Below are positions 1-12,474 of a stretch of 64,000 bases of DNA, piece after piece (positions within the stretch are counted from its first letter, which is position 1; each line of letters opens with the position of its first letter). This DNA is from Octopus sinensis (Eukaryota): NCBI RefSeq assembly GCF_006345805.1, contig NC_043009.1, positions 43,214,001 to 43,278,000 of the forward strand, in the 5' to 3' direction. The notes under the pieces were generated by a model. The model did no database searches, was not told the DNA's origin, and saw only the letters and a program-made list of their open reading frames with translations. A program made the translations under genes and the position numbers.

Positions 1-2906
1 TGGTTATTGCATGGAAAGTGTTCTGCGTAGGATGTGTGCAGTGCCTAGTAGTGCAATTTTCTGTATGTTATATGTGTTTGTAAGTCCTGGTGTTTTTGTT
101 ATGTATTTGTCTGAATATTTTTTATCATGCCTAATGCCCCTACTATGATAGGAATTGTTTCTGTTTTCAGGTTCCACATTCTAGTTACCTCTATTTCCAG
201 GTCTTTGTATTTTGAGAGTTTCTCCATTTCTTTTAGAGACACGTTGTCATCTGCCGGTATTGATACATCAATTAGAAGCATTTTTTTTCTTCATGATCTC
301 TGACAACTATATCTGGTCTGTTGGCCTTAATTTCTTATCTGTGTGTATCGGCATATCCCAGAGTATGGTTGCTTTCTCGTTTTCTGTGACCTTTTCTGGT
401 GTGTGCCTATACCATCTTTTTTCTGTTGTTATTCCATAATGTTGGCATAGCTTCCAATGTATGTAGGTTCCAACTCTGTCATGTCTGTGAATATACTCCT
501 TCTTAGCCAGGACTGGGCAGCTAGAGATAATATGATTTATTGTTTCTTGTCCATCTCCACATATTCTGCAGTTACTTGTAATATTTCTTTTCATTACATG
601 TTTTTGGTAATTTCTGGTGGGGAGGCTTTGGTCTTGTGCTGCAATTAAAAATCCCTCTGTTTCTGCTTTGAGTCCTGAGCTTCTCAACCATTGCTGGGAT
701 TTTTCTTTGTCTATTTCTTTTGCGTTTAGTTTAGTGCAGTATTTACCATGAAGGGGCTTTTCTTGCCATCGTTTTATCATGGCTCGTTGCTGTTCTATTT
801 TTAGTTTGGATTTCATTTGTTTATATAGCTTTTGTTGTTTCTTCTTCATCTTCTTCTTCTTCTTCTTTTTGTGTTTATTAGGTGGTATGATTTCTTGTTT
901 GTATTTGTCAGCTTCCTTAAATACTGAGAACAGTTTTTTGTTTTGCTCGTGTTTTGCTGCTATCTGGATCAGTTTTCCTTCCTTCTGAAGTAGGTATTTT
1001 TGCAGTCCTATGGTGGTTATTTTATAGTAGTTTTCCAGCTGTATAAGGCCTCTACCACCTTCTATACGTTGTATATATAGTCTTTCTATGTCAGATTTTG
1101 GGTGATGCATCCTAGATCCTGTCAGTATTTTTCTTGTTTTCCTATCTATTTTCAGTTCATTTCGTGTCCAGTTAAGGATATTGTAGCTGTAACTTATAAC
1201 TGGGACAGCTAAAGTGTTGATACCTATTATCTTGTTTTTAGCATTGAGCTCTGTTTTTAGTATTGATCTAACTCGTCTATAATATTCTTTTTTTATTTTC
1301 TCTTTCATTTGTGTGTGTTGTGTCTTATCTAGTTCATGGATTCCTAAGTATTTGTAAGTTTGGCTTTGGTCTAATTCTTTTATTTCATTGTTTTATCTAG
1401 TGTGATGTTGTTACTCTTAACTAGTTTTCCTCTTTTCAGGGTTACTTTGGCGCATTTTTCTAATCCAAATTTCATATCTATTCTATTTCTTTGTAAATCC
1501 ATGAACTCTCTTTATAGTGTTTCCAGCTGTTTGTCATTTGCAGCGTATAGTTTAGGTCATCCATATATAAAATGTGGCTGATCGTTTTGCCGTAACATTA
1601 TATCCGCATCCAGTTCTATTTAGCATATCAGATAGAGGTGACAGTGCCAAGCAGAAAAGGAGTGGAGAGAGCGTGTCTCCCTGGAATATTCCTCTTCTAA
1701 TGGGGATGTCTTTGGTTTTCATGAGTCCCTCTTTTGTTTGGAGGTGTAGGACTGTTTGCCATTTATTCATAGAGTGCTCTATGAATTTTATGATTGTTGG
1801 TGCTACTTTGTTAATGGCTAGTGTTTTGAGGATCCATATGTGGGGGATGCTATCAAACGCCTTTTTGTAGTCAATCCAGGCCATACTGAGGCCTTTCTTC
1901 TTTCTGTGGCTGTCTTCAGTTACGGCTTTATTAATCATTAGTTGATCTTTACAGCCATATGAGCCCTTGCGGCATCCTTTCTGCTCTTCTGGGAACAGTT
2001 TGTTTTCGTCCAGGTGCTTGTTCAGCCTTTGCGTTATCACTGCAGTAAATGCCTTGAACATAGTAGGGAGGCAGGTTATGGTCTGTAGTTTTCTGGTTTT
2101 GTTGTTTCATTTGATTTGGGAATTAAGATGGTTTTTCCCCTTCGTGAGCCATTCAGGCATTGTCTCTGGCTCTGCTAGTATGCTGTTAAAGTTTTCAGCC
2201 AGCTTTTTGTGCATTCCTGTTAGATATTTCAACCAGAAGTTGGGGATCTTGTCATGCCCAGGTGCCTTCCAGTTGCTTAGTTTTTGCAGTGCCTGGGTGA
2301 CCTCTTCAGTTGTATTGGGGGTCCAAAGTTGTTCAGATGCCGAGTTTGTATTTTCATACTCCTTTTTTTTGGCTGTTCGTTCGCCGACCATATTTCTTTC
2401 CAGAATTCTTCCAATTCTTCTGCCGTTGGTGCTGGCAGTGACTTCTATTTTATTTTTGCCTAGTTCTTGGTAGAACTTTTTGGGGTCGGAGTTGAACTTT
2501 TTGTTCTGTTCAAAGAAGCGTTGGCGTTTCTCGTACCGGGGATCCTTTGAGCTTTGGCAAGGATATCTTGCTTCAGCTTTTCTTTTATCCCGGCAAATCT
2601 TTTTCCGTGATGTTATATTGCGGAGCATTTTTGTTCTCTTTTTGTTGCTCAGTAGCGTTGTTGTTTGCTGATTTCATTAAGAATCAACAGGTCTTTTCTA
2701 ATTTTTTTTATTTTGTTTTGGATGTTATTTATCCACAGGGTTTGTTTGGGTGGTGGTACTCCTGTTTGGGCGGGTTTGGGTGAGTATCCAGCTTCTTTTG
2801 TGGCTGCAGTGGCTGCTGCGTATATCAAGTTATTTAGTTCAGTGATATCACTTTTTTTTGTTTCAGTGGCTAGTTCAGTGACGGCTAGGTTTATGTTGTT
2901 TATAAT
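1..2906 (-). mobile_element. R4/Dong-clade non-LTR retrotransposon (RT + CCHC knuckle + restriction-like endonuclease), family 1; 5'-truncated, 3' UTR lies outside the window
   Basis: Collinear minus-strand motifs: N-terminal ITELNNLIYAAA, WKAPGHDKIPNFWLK, PEEQKGC, AWIDYKKAFDS, RRGIFQGDTLSPLLF, LYMDD (YMDD at 1556-1567), CRICGDGQETINHIISSC, frameshifted RPDIVV..LIDVSIP..KLSKYKDL. The 5' end abuts (TTA)n at 2907. Confidence 0.92.
4..2906 (-). pseudogene. Disrupted single RT-endonuclease ORF of the R4-clade element
   Basis: ORF-track fragments 2107-2628, 1552-2061, 307-1308 and 99-281 are in the correct order but separated by frameshifts or stops. The terminal stop is at 4-6 (..HILRRTLSMQ*). 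Confidence 0.9.
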
Positions 2907-2935
2907 TGGTGTTGTTATTATTATTATTATTATTA

Positions 2936-2972
<37 letters not shown>

Positions 2973-2989
2973 GTTATTATTATTATTAT
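2907..2989. repeat. (TTA/TAA)n microsatellite between two R4 copies
   Basis: Near-perfect TTA run read directly. Confidence 0.95.
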
Positions 2990-3435
2990 TTAGTAGTCTT
3001 ATTTTTATTATGTGCTTTCACAGCACTACTGAGTGCAGCTCTGCGTGCCTTGGGTATGGGCTGTGGTTTGTTGTGACGCTCTTATTTTCACTGTATTAAA
3101 AGTGTTTTATGTAGGATGTGTGCGGTGCCTAGTAGTGCTATTTTCTGTATGTTATATATACTTGTAAGTCCTGGTGTTTTTGTTATATATTTGTCTGAAT
3201 GTTTTTTTTTATCATACCTACTGCTCCTTCTATGATAGGAATTGTTTCTGTTTTTAGACTCTACATTCGAGTTACCTCTCTTCCTCGGTCTTTGTATTTT
3301 GAAAATTTCTCCATTTAAGCCATACTCAAACCCTTCTTCTTTCAGCAGCTGTCTTCAGTTATGGGTTTATCGATCAGTAGCAGATCTTTACACCTGTATG
3401 AGCCTTTTCAACATCCCTTCTGCTCTTCTCGGAAT
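2990..3435 (-). mobile_element. Short internally deleted copy of R4 family 1, including its 3' UTR
   Basis: About 3100-3315 aligns with about 17-228 of copy 1 (endonuclease end); about 3316-3435 aligns with about 1878-1995 (RT, EEQKGC region). 2990-3098 is a 3' UTR ending in (TAA)n. Confidence 0.88.
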
Positions 3436-3464
3436 TCTTATGATATCAACTATATATCTTTTAT

Positions 3465-4146
3465 CTTTTACTTGTTTCAGTCATTAGACTGTGGCCATGT
3501 TGAGACACCGCCTTGAAGAACTTTTAGTTAAATGAATCGACCCCCAGTATTTTTTTTAAACCTGCTCAGATGCAGCATGAAATTTTGTCAGTGAATACAT
3601 CATGGTCTCAAAGCAACAAAAATATTTTGGCAAATTAAATTTAAATGTTGAAGTGAATCTTATAGGCTTGTACTTATTCTATCAGTCTCCTTCTGCTCAA
3701 CTGCTAAGTCAGAGGGACGTAAACACATCAACACTGGTAGTCAAGCCGTGGTGGGAGACAAACACACACAAATGAACATATATGTGTATATATATATATA
3801 CACACACACACACCAGCATATATATATATATACACACACACACAGATTGGAGCCTGGTACAGCCTTCTGGCTTGCCAGTCCCCAGTCAAACTGTCCAACT
3901 CATGCCAGCATGGAAAGGGGACATTAAGTGACAACGATGATGATGATGATGATCACACACACACAAACACACACACATACATACACACATGTGAAGCTTC
4001 TTTCAGTTTCCTATCTACCAAGTTCATTCACAAGGCTTTCACCAACCCAAACTTATAGCAGAAAACATTTGGCTAAGGTGCCACACAGTAGGACTGAACC
4101 CAGAACCGTATCATTGGGAAGCAAATCTTCTTACCTCACAGCCACA
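3465..4146 (-). mobile_element. Degenerate tRNA-derived SINE (family A) interrupted by a foldback-arm fragment (~3575-3660) and an RTE-type 3' tail (~3845-3950)
   Basis: Tail, body and head blocks align with family A copies at 10221 and 44945; the inserts match 32970-33055 and the RTE tail. Confidence 0.7.
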
Positions 4147-4512
4147 CATGAGAGACACCCATAACTGATTTAATCTCTGAAATTTCCTCCAAAAGCCTCT
4201 TGAATCTATCTTGAATCTATCCCAGAAAACCACTTATCCAGCACACTACTGCTGTGCCTCAGAATCGAACCTCTAACCACTCAATTACAAATGGATGTAC
4301 ATATACACACATATGTAAAATTTGTATTAAAGACTGAACAAATGCTTCCGTTTGATTTCGCATTTTCTCTTTTCCTTTCTTTATTCTTCATCTTATATTA
4401 TTTCTTCTCTTCTTTTTTCCTTTATGCTTCTTATTGTAGTCCCTATATTAATAATTTGGTCCGATTTCTTGATTGCCTTAATATTAATTGTCTAGAGTGA
4501 TTTTTTGGTTTG

Positions 4513-4514
<2 letters not shown>

Positions 4515-4547
<33 letters not shown>

Positions 4548-4654
4548 GTAGTTGTTGTTGTTATCATCATCATTATTATTATTATCATTATTATTATTAT
4601 TATCATTATTATCATTATTATTATTATTATTATTTATTATTATTATTATTATTA

Positions 4655-4703
<49 letters not shown>

Positions 4704-4816
4704 CATCATCATCATTATTATTATTATTATATTATTATTATTATTATTATTATTATTATCATTATTATTATCATTATATTATTATTATTATTATTATTAT
4801 TATTTTATTATTATTA

Positions 4817-4862
<46 letters not shown>

Positions 4863-5058
4863 CATCATCATCATATTATATTATTATATTATTATTATTA
4901 TTATTATATTATTATTATTATCATTATTATTATCATTATTATTATCATCATTCTGTTATTAAAATTTGTCAAAGACCGTAGCTCCGGATTTTTGTCTGAT
5001 TGAAATGATATATCACAAAGAATAACATGTATAATATGTGTGTGTGTGTATGTATATA

Positions 5059-5126
<68 letters not shown>

Positions 5127-5287
5127 ATGTATACATATATATATGTATATATAGATATATATACAATTTGTAAGTATATATATATATATGTATATATATA
5201 TATAATATATATATGTGTGTGTGTGTGTGGTGTGTGTGTATGTATACATATATATATGTATATATAGATATATATACAATTTGTAAG

Positions 5288-5323
<36 letters not shown>

Positions 5324-5585
5324 TACATATGTATACACATATATATAAGTATATAAGTATATATATCTATGCGTATGTGTGTGTGTCTGTGTCTGTGTGT
5401 GTATCTCAGAGTTTACACATGCTTACACTTGTGTGCACATATTCCCTCCCATGTTAGAGAAAGCATTTTATATAAGGGTAATATTAGAGTTTTAACTTCT
5501 TTTTCTTTGTCTTCTCTTTTTTATTATGCATATATATATAAATACATACATACATACATACATATATATGTATATATATATATAT

Positions 5586-5640
<55 letters not shown>
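4515..5640. repeat. Compound (TTA)n/(ATC)n then (TA)n/(TG)n microsatellite field, with a ~120-bp local duplication near 5130-5320
   Basis: Read directly. Confidence 0.9.
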
Positions 5641-5641
<1 letters not shown>

Positions 5642-6028
5642 TATTTTTGACATTGCTGTTGGTACTGTTATCGCTGTTATTATTGCCGTTGTTGTTGTTG
5701 TTATTAACGATATTGTTGTTGTTGTTGTTTTCAATATGAGGCTGAAAATTCTGCTAAGAAGAGCTATCAAGTTGTAAAAAGCGGCCATTGAATCTTTTGT
5801 GCAGAGACTACATAGGAAAAGCCGTCAGTCTTGTCTTGTCTAAAGGTGTGGAAGAAAGCAAGACGAAAAGGGGAGCAAGGTGGCATGTGCGGGGTGACGT
5901 TTGTGGTTGGTGCTGAAAAATAGGAGAGATGAAGAGAGGTGAGATAATGAAAGATTAAAGTGTGTATGTGTGAGAGAGAGAGAGAGAGAGAAAGAAAGAG
6001 AGATAGAGAGAGAGAGAGAGAGAAAGAA

Positions 6029-6069
<41 letters not shown>

Positions 6070-6469
6070 GAAGGGTTGGAGGAACAGAAGAGGAATAAAG
6101 AAAAAGTGATAAATGGAGAGTAAGAGTATGATAGGGAGAGAGAGAGTGAGAGACAAAGGAGTGGGGAAGAATGACATGGAAATTAAGAATAAGTGAAAGA
6201 AAGTGTTAGAGAATGAAAGAGAGTGAAGAAATAGATAGAAAGAGTGTGATAGAGAAAGAGAGAGAGAGAGAGAGTGGCCATTTCAATCTTCTTTCTCGTT
6301 AGTTCAGTTATATTAACGAAGATTTCATTTTATCTTTTATACACATCATTTCTCGACAAAGAGCGAAATAAATAAATAAATAAATAAATAACATAATAAA
6401 TTTTATAAAAACATATTATAAAAAAAATAATGACAACAACAACAATATAATAATAATAATAATAATAAC

Positions 6470-6514
<45 letters not shown>

Positions 6515-6887
6515 GATAAAATGGAAAATAAATAAAAAAAAACAACAAATACAGAGAAGCAAGGAAAGAAAAGAAAGACAGAAAGAAAGAAAGGATGCAA
6601 TGAATGAAAGAAAGAAGGAAAGAAAGAAGGAATAGAATTGAAGGAAATTAAGCAAGAACTTCGCTGCAATTTCTTACAGATCTTCCCATCTATGGCACAG
6701 CAGATTGGCAAAACACTATACCAGAATAAAAGTATTCTTTTCCCTGGCATTTAACTCAATTGATAGCGAAACTATACAACATGCCTCTTCGCTGAAAGAC
6801 TACTTCAAAATTTTTCTGTGTTTTTTTTTTTTTATATCCTCCACCACTCCCCCCACCTCACCCCCTGTACTCTTTTTAACATGTGCT

Positions 6888-6901
6888 GTTGCCATGGTAA
6901 C
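6888..6901. promoter_or_regulatory. Candidate RFX X-box GTTGCCATGGTAAC
   Basis: Exact fit to the 14-bp X-box consensus GTHNYY-AT-RRNAAC in non-repetitive sequence. No associated gene identified. Confidence 0.4.
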
Positions 6902-7319
6902 CGGCTTGGGCATCGTATGTTGATATTGCATTGGCACCTTTTTGTTGTTGTTGTTGTTGTTGTTGTTTTTTGCTTTTTTGCTTTTCTTTTTTTCTTTCTT
7001 TTTTTTTTTTTTTAATTTTTGAATGGTAAAACTTGGTACCAATGACCATGGCGGCGGCGGCAGCGGCGGCAATGGCGATGAAGATGTAGGTGGTGAGTCG
7101 GGTGGGATGGCAGAAGGGTGCAGGAAGTCCAATAATAAAGCAAGGAGAGGAGAGGAAAGGAGAGGAAGGGGAAGGGTGGTGGGCGGAGGGAAAGGTGAGG
7201 ATGTGGGTGAAATAATTTTGAAATCGGTTTCGTTGTTGTCGTTGTTGAAAAGTTGAACATCTTTGTGACAAAAGCTATCAATGTTGTTCAGTTCAGACTT
7301 GCCAACTTTGTTTCTATTG

Positions 7320-7429
7320 TTCTCTCTCTCCCTCTCTCCACCTCCCTTTCTCTCTCATTCACTCTTTCTGTCTCTCGCTACCTGTCTATCTATCTATCTA
7401 TCTATCTATCTATGTCTGTCTGTCTCCCT

Positions 7430-7507
<78 letters not shown>

Positions 7508-8171
7508 GTGTCTGCCTGCCTGTCTGTCTGGCTATCTATCTACCTATCTACCTCTATCTCTCTATGCTTTTTTCTTTTCCTCTCTTCCTCTCTCTCCTCT
7601 TCCCTCTGCCTTCTTCTTACCCTGCTTTCCTCTCTCTCTTTCTTTCTCTCTCTCTGACTATTTATTTATCTATCTCTATCTCACTTAGCCTTCTTCTTCT
7701 TCTTCTCTCTCTCTCTCTCTCTCTCTCCCTTCTCCTTTCTTCCTTTTCCTCTCTCCCTCCTTTCCTCTCTCTCCCTTATCCTTTCCCTCTTTTCCTCTTT
7801 CTCTTTCTTCCTTTCTTTCTTTGTCTCTCCTTCCCCTTCCCCTTCCCTCCGCAATCTCTCTCTTCCTTCTTCTTTCTCTCCTTTCTTTGCCTTCTCTCTC
7901 TCTCTCTTTCCCCTTCTCTCTCCACCATATTATCTCTCCACTTTTCTTCTATCTCTCTTCCTTCATCTCTCTCCATCTCTGTCTCTATTTCTTTGCATTT
8001 CAGTCTCTCTTTCTTATCATCTGTACACCTCTCCCTCTCTATATATATATTTGATCCTCAACATCTCTCTTTTTCATTGTCTACATTACAAAATCTCTAT
8101 TTTTCTTTTACTCTCTCTTTCTCTTCACCTGTCTCTACATATCTATCAATCTCTCGTTTTGCCTCATTACA

Positions 8172-8221
<50 letters not shown>

Positions 8222-9200
8222 TATCTCTCATTACCTCAGTATATGTTCCCATCTCTCCCTACATCGTAATCTGTCTACCTCTCACTTTTGCTACCTTTCC
8301 ACTTCTCTCTCTCTCTCTACCTCTCCATTTCTCTATCACTTCCTTTCTCTACATCTCTCTCCTTTTATCTTTTTACCTCTCTCCTCCTTTCTCTCTGCCT
8401 ATCTTTCTTTTCCCTTTCTTCTTCTTCATTTCTGTTATTACTTCTCTCTCTCTCTCTCTCCCTCTCTTTCTCTTCCTCGCTCTCTCTCTCTCCCTCTCCA
8501 TCTCTCTCCTTCTTTCTCGTCTTTTGTGGTGTCAATCAAAAAATCCGTATTGAGCACATTTAACCAGCAACTAGCCTTTTCCATATTGATTAAACCACAT
8601 ACACAAACACACACAGACACACCCATATGTGCATACATAAACACGCATGCACACACACACACACACACGTGAGCATACATACACACATTCAGACTCACAA
8701 GTACATAAACGTTCACACACACACGCACAAACATACACAGACAGGTACACGAGTACACACACACATACACACACACATACACACACACACATACACAACA
8801 CACACACACACACACACGCTCGTACATGCATACACAAACGCACATGCATGTAAATACACATACAGAGAACAACACGCACACACACAAACTCGTACATGCA
8901 TACACAAACGCACATGCATGTAAATACACATACAGAGAAAAGCTCACACACACTCAGAGACAAACAGATACAAGCACACATATATACACACACACACAGT
9001 CACGCACATTCTTACACACAAGCACACAGACACACAGACACACTTGTATACAAACACATATATATACAGCACACATAAACATACATACACTATCACACAC
9101 TTAGACAGATACACACTAACATGCACGCATGCACACATGCTCACACACATACTCTCACTTATACAGAAACACACACACACTAACCCATCACATACATACA
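7320..9200. repeat. (CT)n/(TCTA)n polypyrimidine tract followed by a (CA)n-rich tract
   Basis: Read directly; includes a 70-bp-period duplication at 8819/8889. Confidence 0.9.
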
Positions 9201-9601
9201 TACACATATAAGCTGTCGTTTTTAATCACATGCAGTACCTGCAACTGCAGCTGCAGGCCAATTCTTAGCGCCTTCGCTGCACCTTGTGAGAGCATATGCA
9301 CATCTTCACACCCTGACTGTCTCAGAAAACAACATGTTGTATACATAATACAGCTTTGGGTTCTCTATGCATAGGGGTAAGACAGGGTGGTCGTAGCTGG
9401 AATGCCCTGGATCATAGGACAGTTTGCTTAGTACTAGCCTGGGGCTAAACAGCAACAACAACAACAAAAGCTGCTTCTAATAATGAATAATGATTTCTAC
9501 ACTCCTGTGAAGATTGTAAATACATTCATCTAGTACTGTGTATGATGCTATTTAACCCTAGGCTGAGTAGACCATTGATCAAAGTTGTTCCAGCCATTAC
9601 C

Positions 9602-9832
9602 TATTTCTTTACTACCCACAAGGGGCTAAACACAAAGGGGACAAACAAGGACAGACAAACTGATTAAGTCGATTATATCGACCCCAATGCGTAACTGGTA
9701 CTTAATTTATCGACCCCGAAAGGACGAAAGACAAAGTCGACCTCGGTGGAATTTGAACTCAGAACATAACGGCAGACGAAATACCACTAAGCATTTTGCC
9801 CGGCATGCTAACGTTTCAGCCAGCTCGCCATC
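9602..9832 (-). mobile_element. tRNA-derived SINE, family B
   Basis: Reverse complement aligns over its full length with 14584-14814, 30017-30247 and 30269-30498; B-box-like GAGTTCAAATTCC. Confidence 0.88.
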
Positions 9833-10220
9833 TTCTACTGTGTATGATTCTGTTTAACCCTAGGCTGGTCCCCAACTGAGAAGACCATTGATCAAAGTTG
9901 TTCCAGCCATTACCACATCATCCTTCTTCTCTCTGGAATTGTATATCTTAGAATACATTGTCCTATGTGTCTGTTTGCATTTTAAGTCAGTTCAGTGTAA
10001 TTTGAGATAGATTTTTTGGGGGGAGTGCAATTCCTAGCAGATCAGCTGGCCACATAGTGGTCCTCTCATTGATTTATCTGATCTTAAGCTGCTATGGTTG
10101 TTGTTGTTGTTGTCATTGCTGCTGCTACTGCTGCTGCTGCTGCTGTTGTTGTTGCTGTTGTTGTTTAGCCATGTCTCAGACCTGATTTAGAAATCCTTTG
10201 ACCAGACTTTTTTCAACTAA

Positions 10221-10389
10221 GAGTGGCTGTGTGGTAAGTAGCTTGCTAACCAACCACATGGTTCCGGGTTCAGTCCCACTGTATGGCACCTTGGGCAAGT
10301 GTCTTCTACTATAGCCTCAGGCCAACCAAAGCCTTGTGAATGGATTTGGTAGACGTAAACTGAAAGAAGCTTGTCGTATATATGTATGT

Positions 10390-10460
<71 letters not shown>

Positions 10461-10668
10461 TGTGTCTGTGTTTGTCCCCCCAACATCACTTGACAACTGA
10501 TGCTGGTGTGTTAATGTCCCTGTAACTTAGCGGCTCAGCAAAAGAGACCGATAGAATAAGTACTAGGCTTACAAAGAACAAGTCCTGGGGTCGATTTACT
10601 CGACTAAAGGTGGTGCTCCAGCATGGCCACTGTCAAATGACTGAAACAAGTAAAAGAGTAAAAGAGTA
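10221..10668 (+). mobile_element. tRNA-derived SINE, family A (CORE-like CCTTGGGCAAGT block, internal (TA)n(TG)n)
   Basis: A-box TGGCTGTGTGG, B-box GGTTCAGTCCC, (GTAAAAGA)n tail; multiple copies in the window. Confidence 0.9.
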
Positions 10669-11019
10669 TCTCATCTAGAACATTCTCCAACATGTCCTCC
10701 TTTTCTAAGACAGTATTGTATAATGCGAGGGCTGTTTTAATGCTATTTCTAGCATGTCGCATAAGGTTATTTAATTGTCTCATCCAACAATGTCCACATA
10801 ACAGATGTGGGATTCGATAAATATATTTACATTATCAACACATTGTAAAAGCAAATATTAACACAGTAACACACGCATACACATGCTGATGACTGTATAA
10901 ACACATACACTCATGTACGCACACAAACCTACATATACATAATGTGTATATGTGCTTATACATGTGTGTGCATATGTGCATGTTTGTGTATACGTATCAC
11001 CAACATCATCATCATCATT

Positions 11020-11125
11020 ATCACCATCATTATTATTTAATGTCCATTTTCTATGTCAGCATGGGTTGGACTGTTTGACAGGGGCTGGCAAGGACAGAGG
11101 CCAAACCAGGTTTCACAGTCTGTTT
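11020..11125 (-). mobile_element. RTE-type 3' tail fragment
   Basis: (CAT)n followed by a degenerate TTTAATGTCC..AGCATGGGTTGGAC block matching 34823-34900. Confidence 0.6.
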
Positions 11126-11150
11126 TGGATATATATACATCTATGTGTGT

Positions 11151-11405
11151 GGAGGTGCATGGCTTAGTGGTTAGGGTGTCACCACCATGATCGTAAGATT
11201 GTGGTTTTGATTCCTGGACTGGGCAACGCGTTGTGTTCTTGAGCAAAACACTTCATTTCACGTTGCTCCAGTTCACTCAGCTGGCAAAAATGATTAACGC
11301 TGCAATGAACTGGCATCCCGTCCAGCTGGGGAACACATACGCCATTGAAACCGGGAAACCGGGCCCATGAGCCTGACTAGGCTTTAAAAGTGCGCATTTA
11401 TTTAT

Positions 11406-11406
<1 letters not shown>
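11151..11406 (+). mobile_element. tRNA-derived SINE, family D (body D + tail 1)
   Basis: A-box TGGCTTAGTGG, B-box-like GGTTTTGATTCC; tail shared with 13535-13640. Confidence 0.82.
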
Positions 11407-11449
<43 letters not shown>

Positions 11450-11454
11450 ATACA

Positions 11455-11812
11455 CTTTTATTTGTTTCAGTCATTTGACTGCGGCCATCCTGGAGCACCG
11501 CCTTTAGTCGAGCAAATCGACCCCAGGACTTATTCCTTGTAAGCCCAGTACTTATTCTATCGGTCTCTTTTGCCGAACCGCTAATTGATGGGGACGTAAA
11601 CACACCAGCATCGGTTGTCAAGCAATGCTAGGGGGACAAACACACATATATATATATACATATATACGACAGGCTTCTTTCAGTTTCCGTCTACCAAATT
11701 CACTCACAAGGCATTGGTCGGCCCGGGGCTATAGCAGAAGACACTTGCCCGAGATGGGACTGAACCCGGAACCATGTGGTTGGTTAGCAAGCTACTTACC
11801 ACACAGCCACTC
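11455..11812 (-). mobile_element. SINE family A
   Basis: Reverse complement of 10221-10668 with a shorter internal microsatellite. Confidence 0.9.
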
Positions 11813-12212
11813 AACAGTAGAAGAACAGGTGTCAATCTGTTATAGCTGTTTCTAACGACTTCGTTAATTGATTAATGAATGCATTTCATCATTGTAAAGA
11901 AACCATTTTCGTCAGATGAATTCATGAACTTCAAACATAAAGGACATCCAGAATAATTTAACATATTTTAAAATCCATGGGGCAAAAACATTTACAGTGA
12001 TTCTGCAACTGAAATAGTTGTAGAACCACTGTAAATATTTTTGCTCCATAGATTTTAAACTATGTTAAATCATTCTCAATGTCCTTTATTTTGAAGTTCA
12101 CAAATTCATCTGACAAAAATGGTTTCTTTACAATCATGTAATGTTTTTATTAATCAGTTAAAGGAGTCATTAGAAACAGCCACAATAGATTGACACCTGT
12201 TCCTCTCCTGTT
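11813..12212. mobile_element. 400-bp palindromic (foldback/MITE-like) element
   Basis: Two ~198-bp inverted arms around a 5-nt loop (TTCTGCAACT GAAAT AGTTGTAGAA); ACTC on both flanks. Confidence 0.8.
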
Positions 12213-12474
12213 ACTCATTTATATTTTTTCCCCTGTCTCGGAATCTGCCCTTCGTAAATATATAGTGTAATATAATGTACATCTGAATAGTTCAAGAGTG
12301 GATTTCTTCACTCAGCTGGGTCTAATTCTCTACATATACTGCAAGAATATCAATCAGCCGGTACTTATGTATCAGGTTTGATATTTACAGAATATTGTTG
12401 TGTGTGTATATTATTTCAACCTAAAACAGTGCCTAAATTTTTTTGTCCAGAACCACATTCCCTGCCAAAGGATC

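Noticed and set aside
4443-5788. Long ORFs of poly-I/L/Y/N and YI/CV/HT dipeptides here and throughout the window
   Set aside because: They are translations of (TTA)n, (TA)n, (TG)n and (CA)n microsatellites, open in several frames and on both strands.
10221-10290. tRNA genes (tRNA-like heads at 10221, 11151, 14584, 44282, 47601)
   Set aside because: A/B boxes are present, but each continues into a multi-copy SINE body and I could not fold a full cloverleaf.
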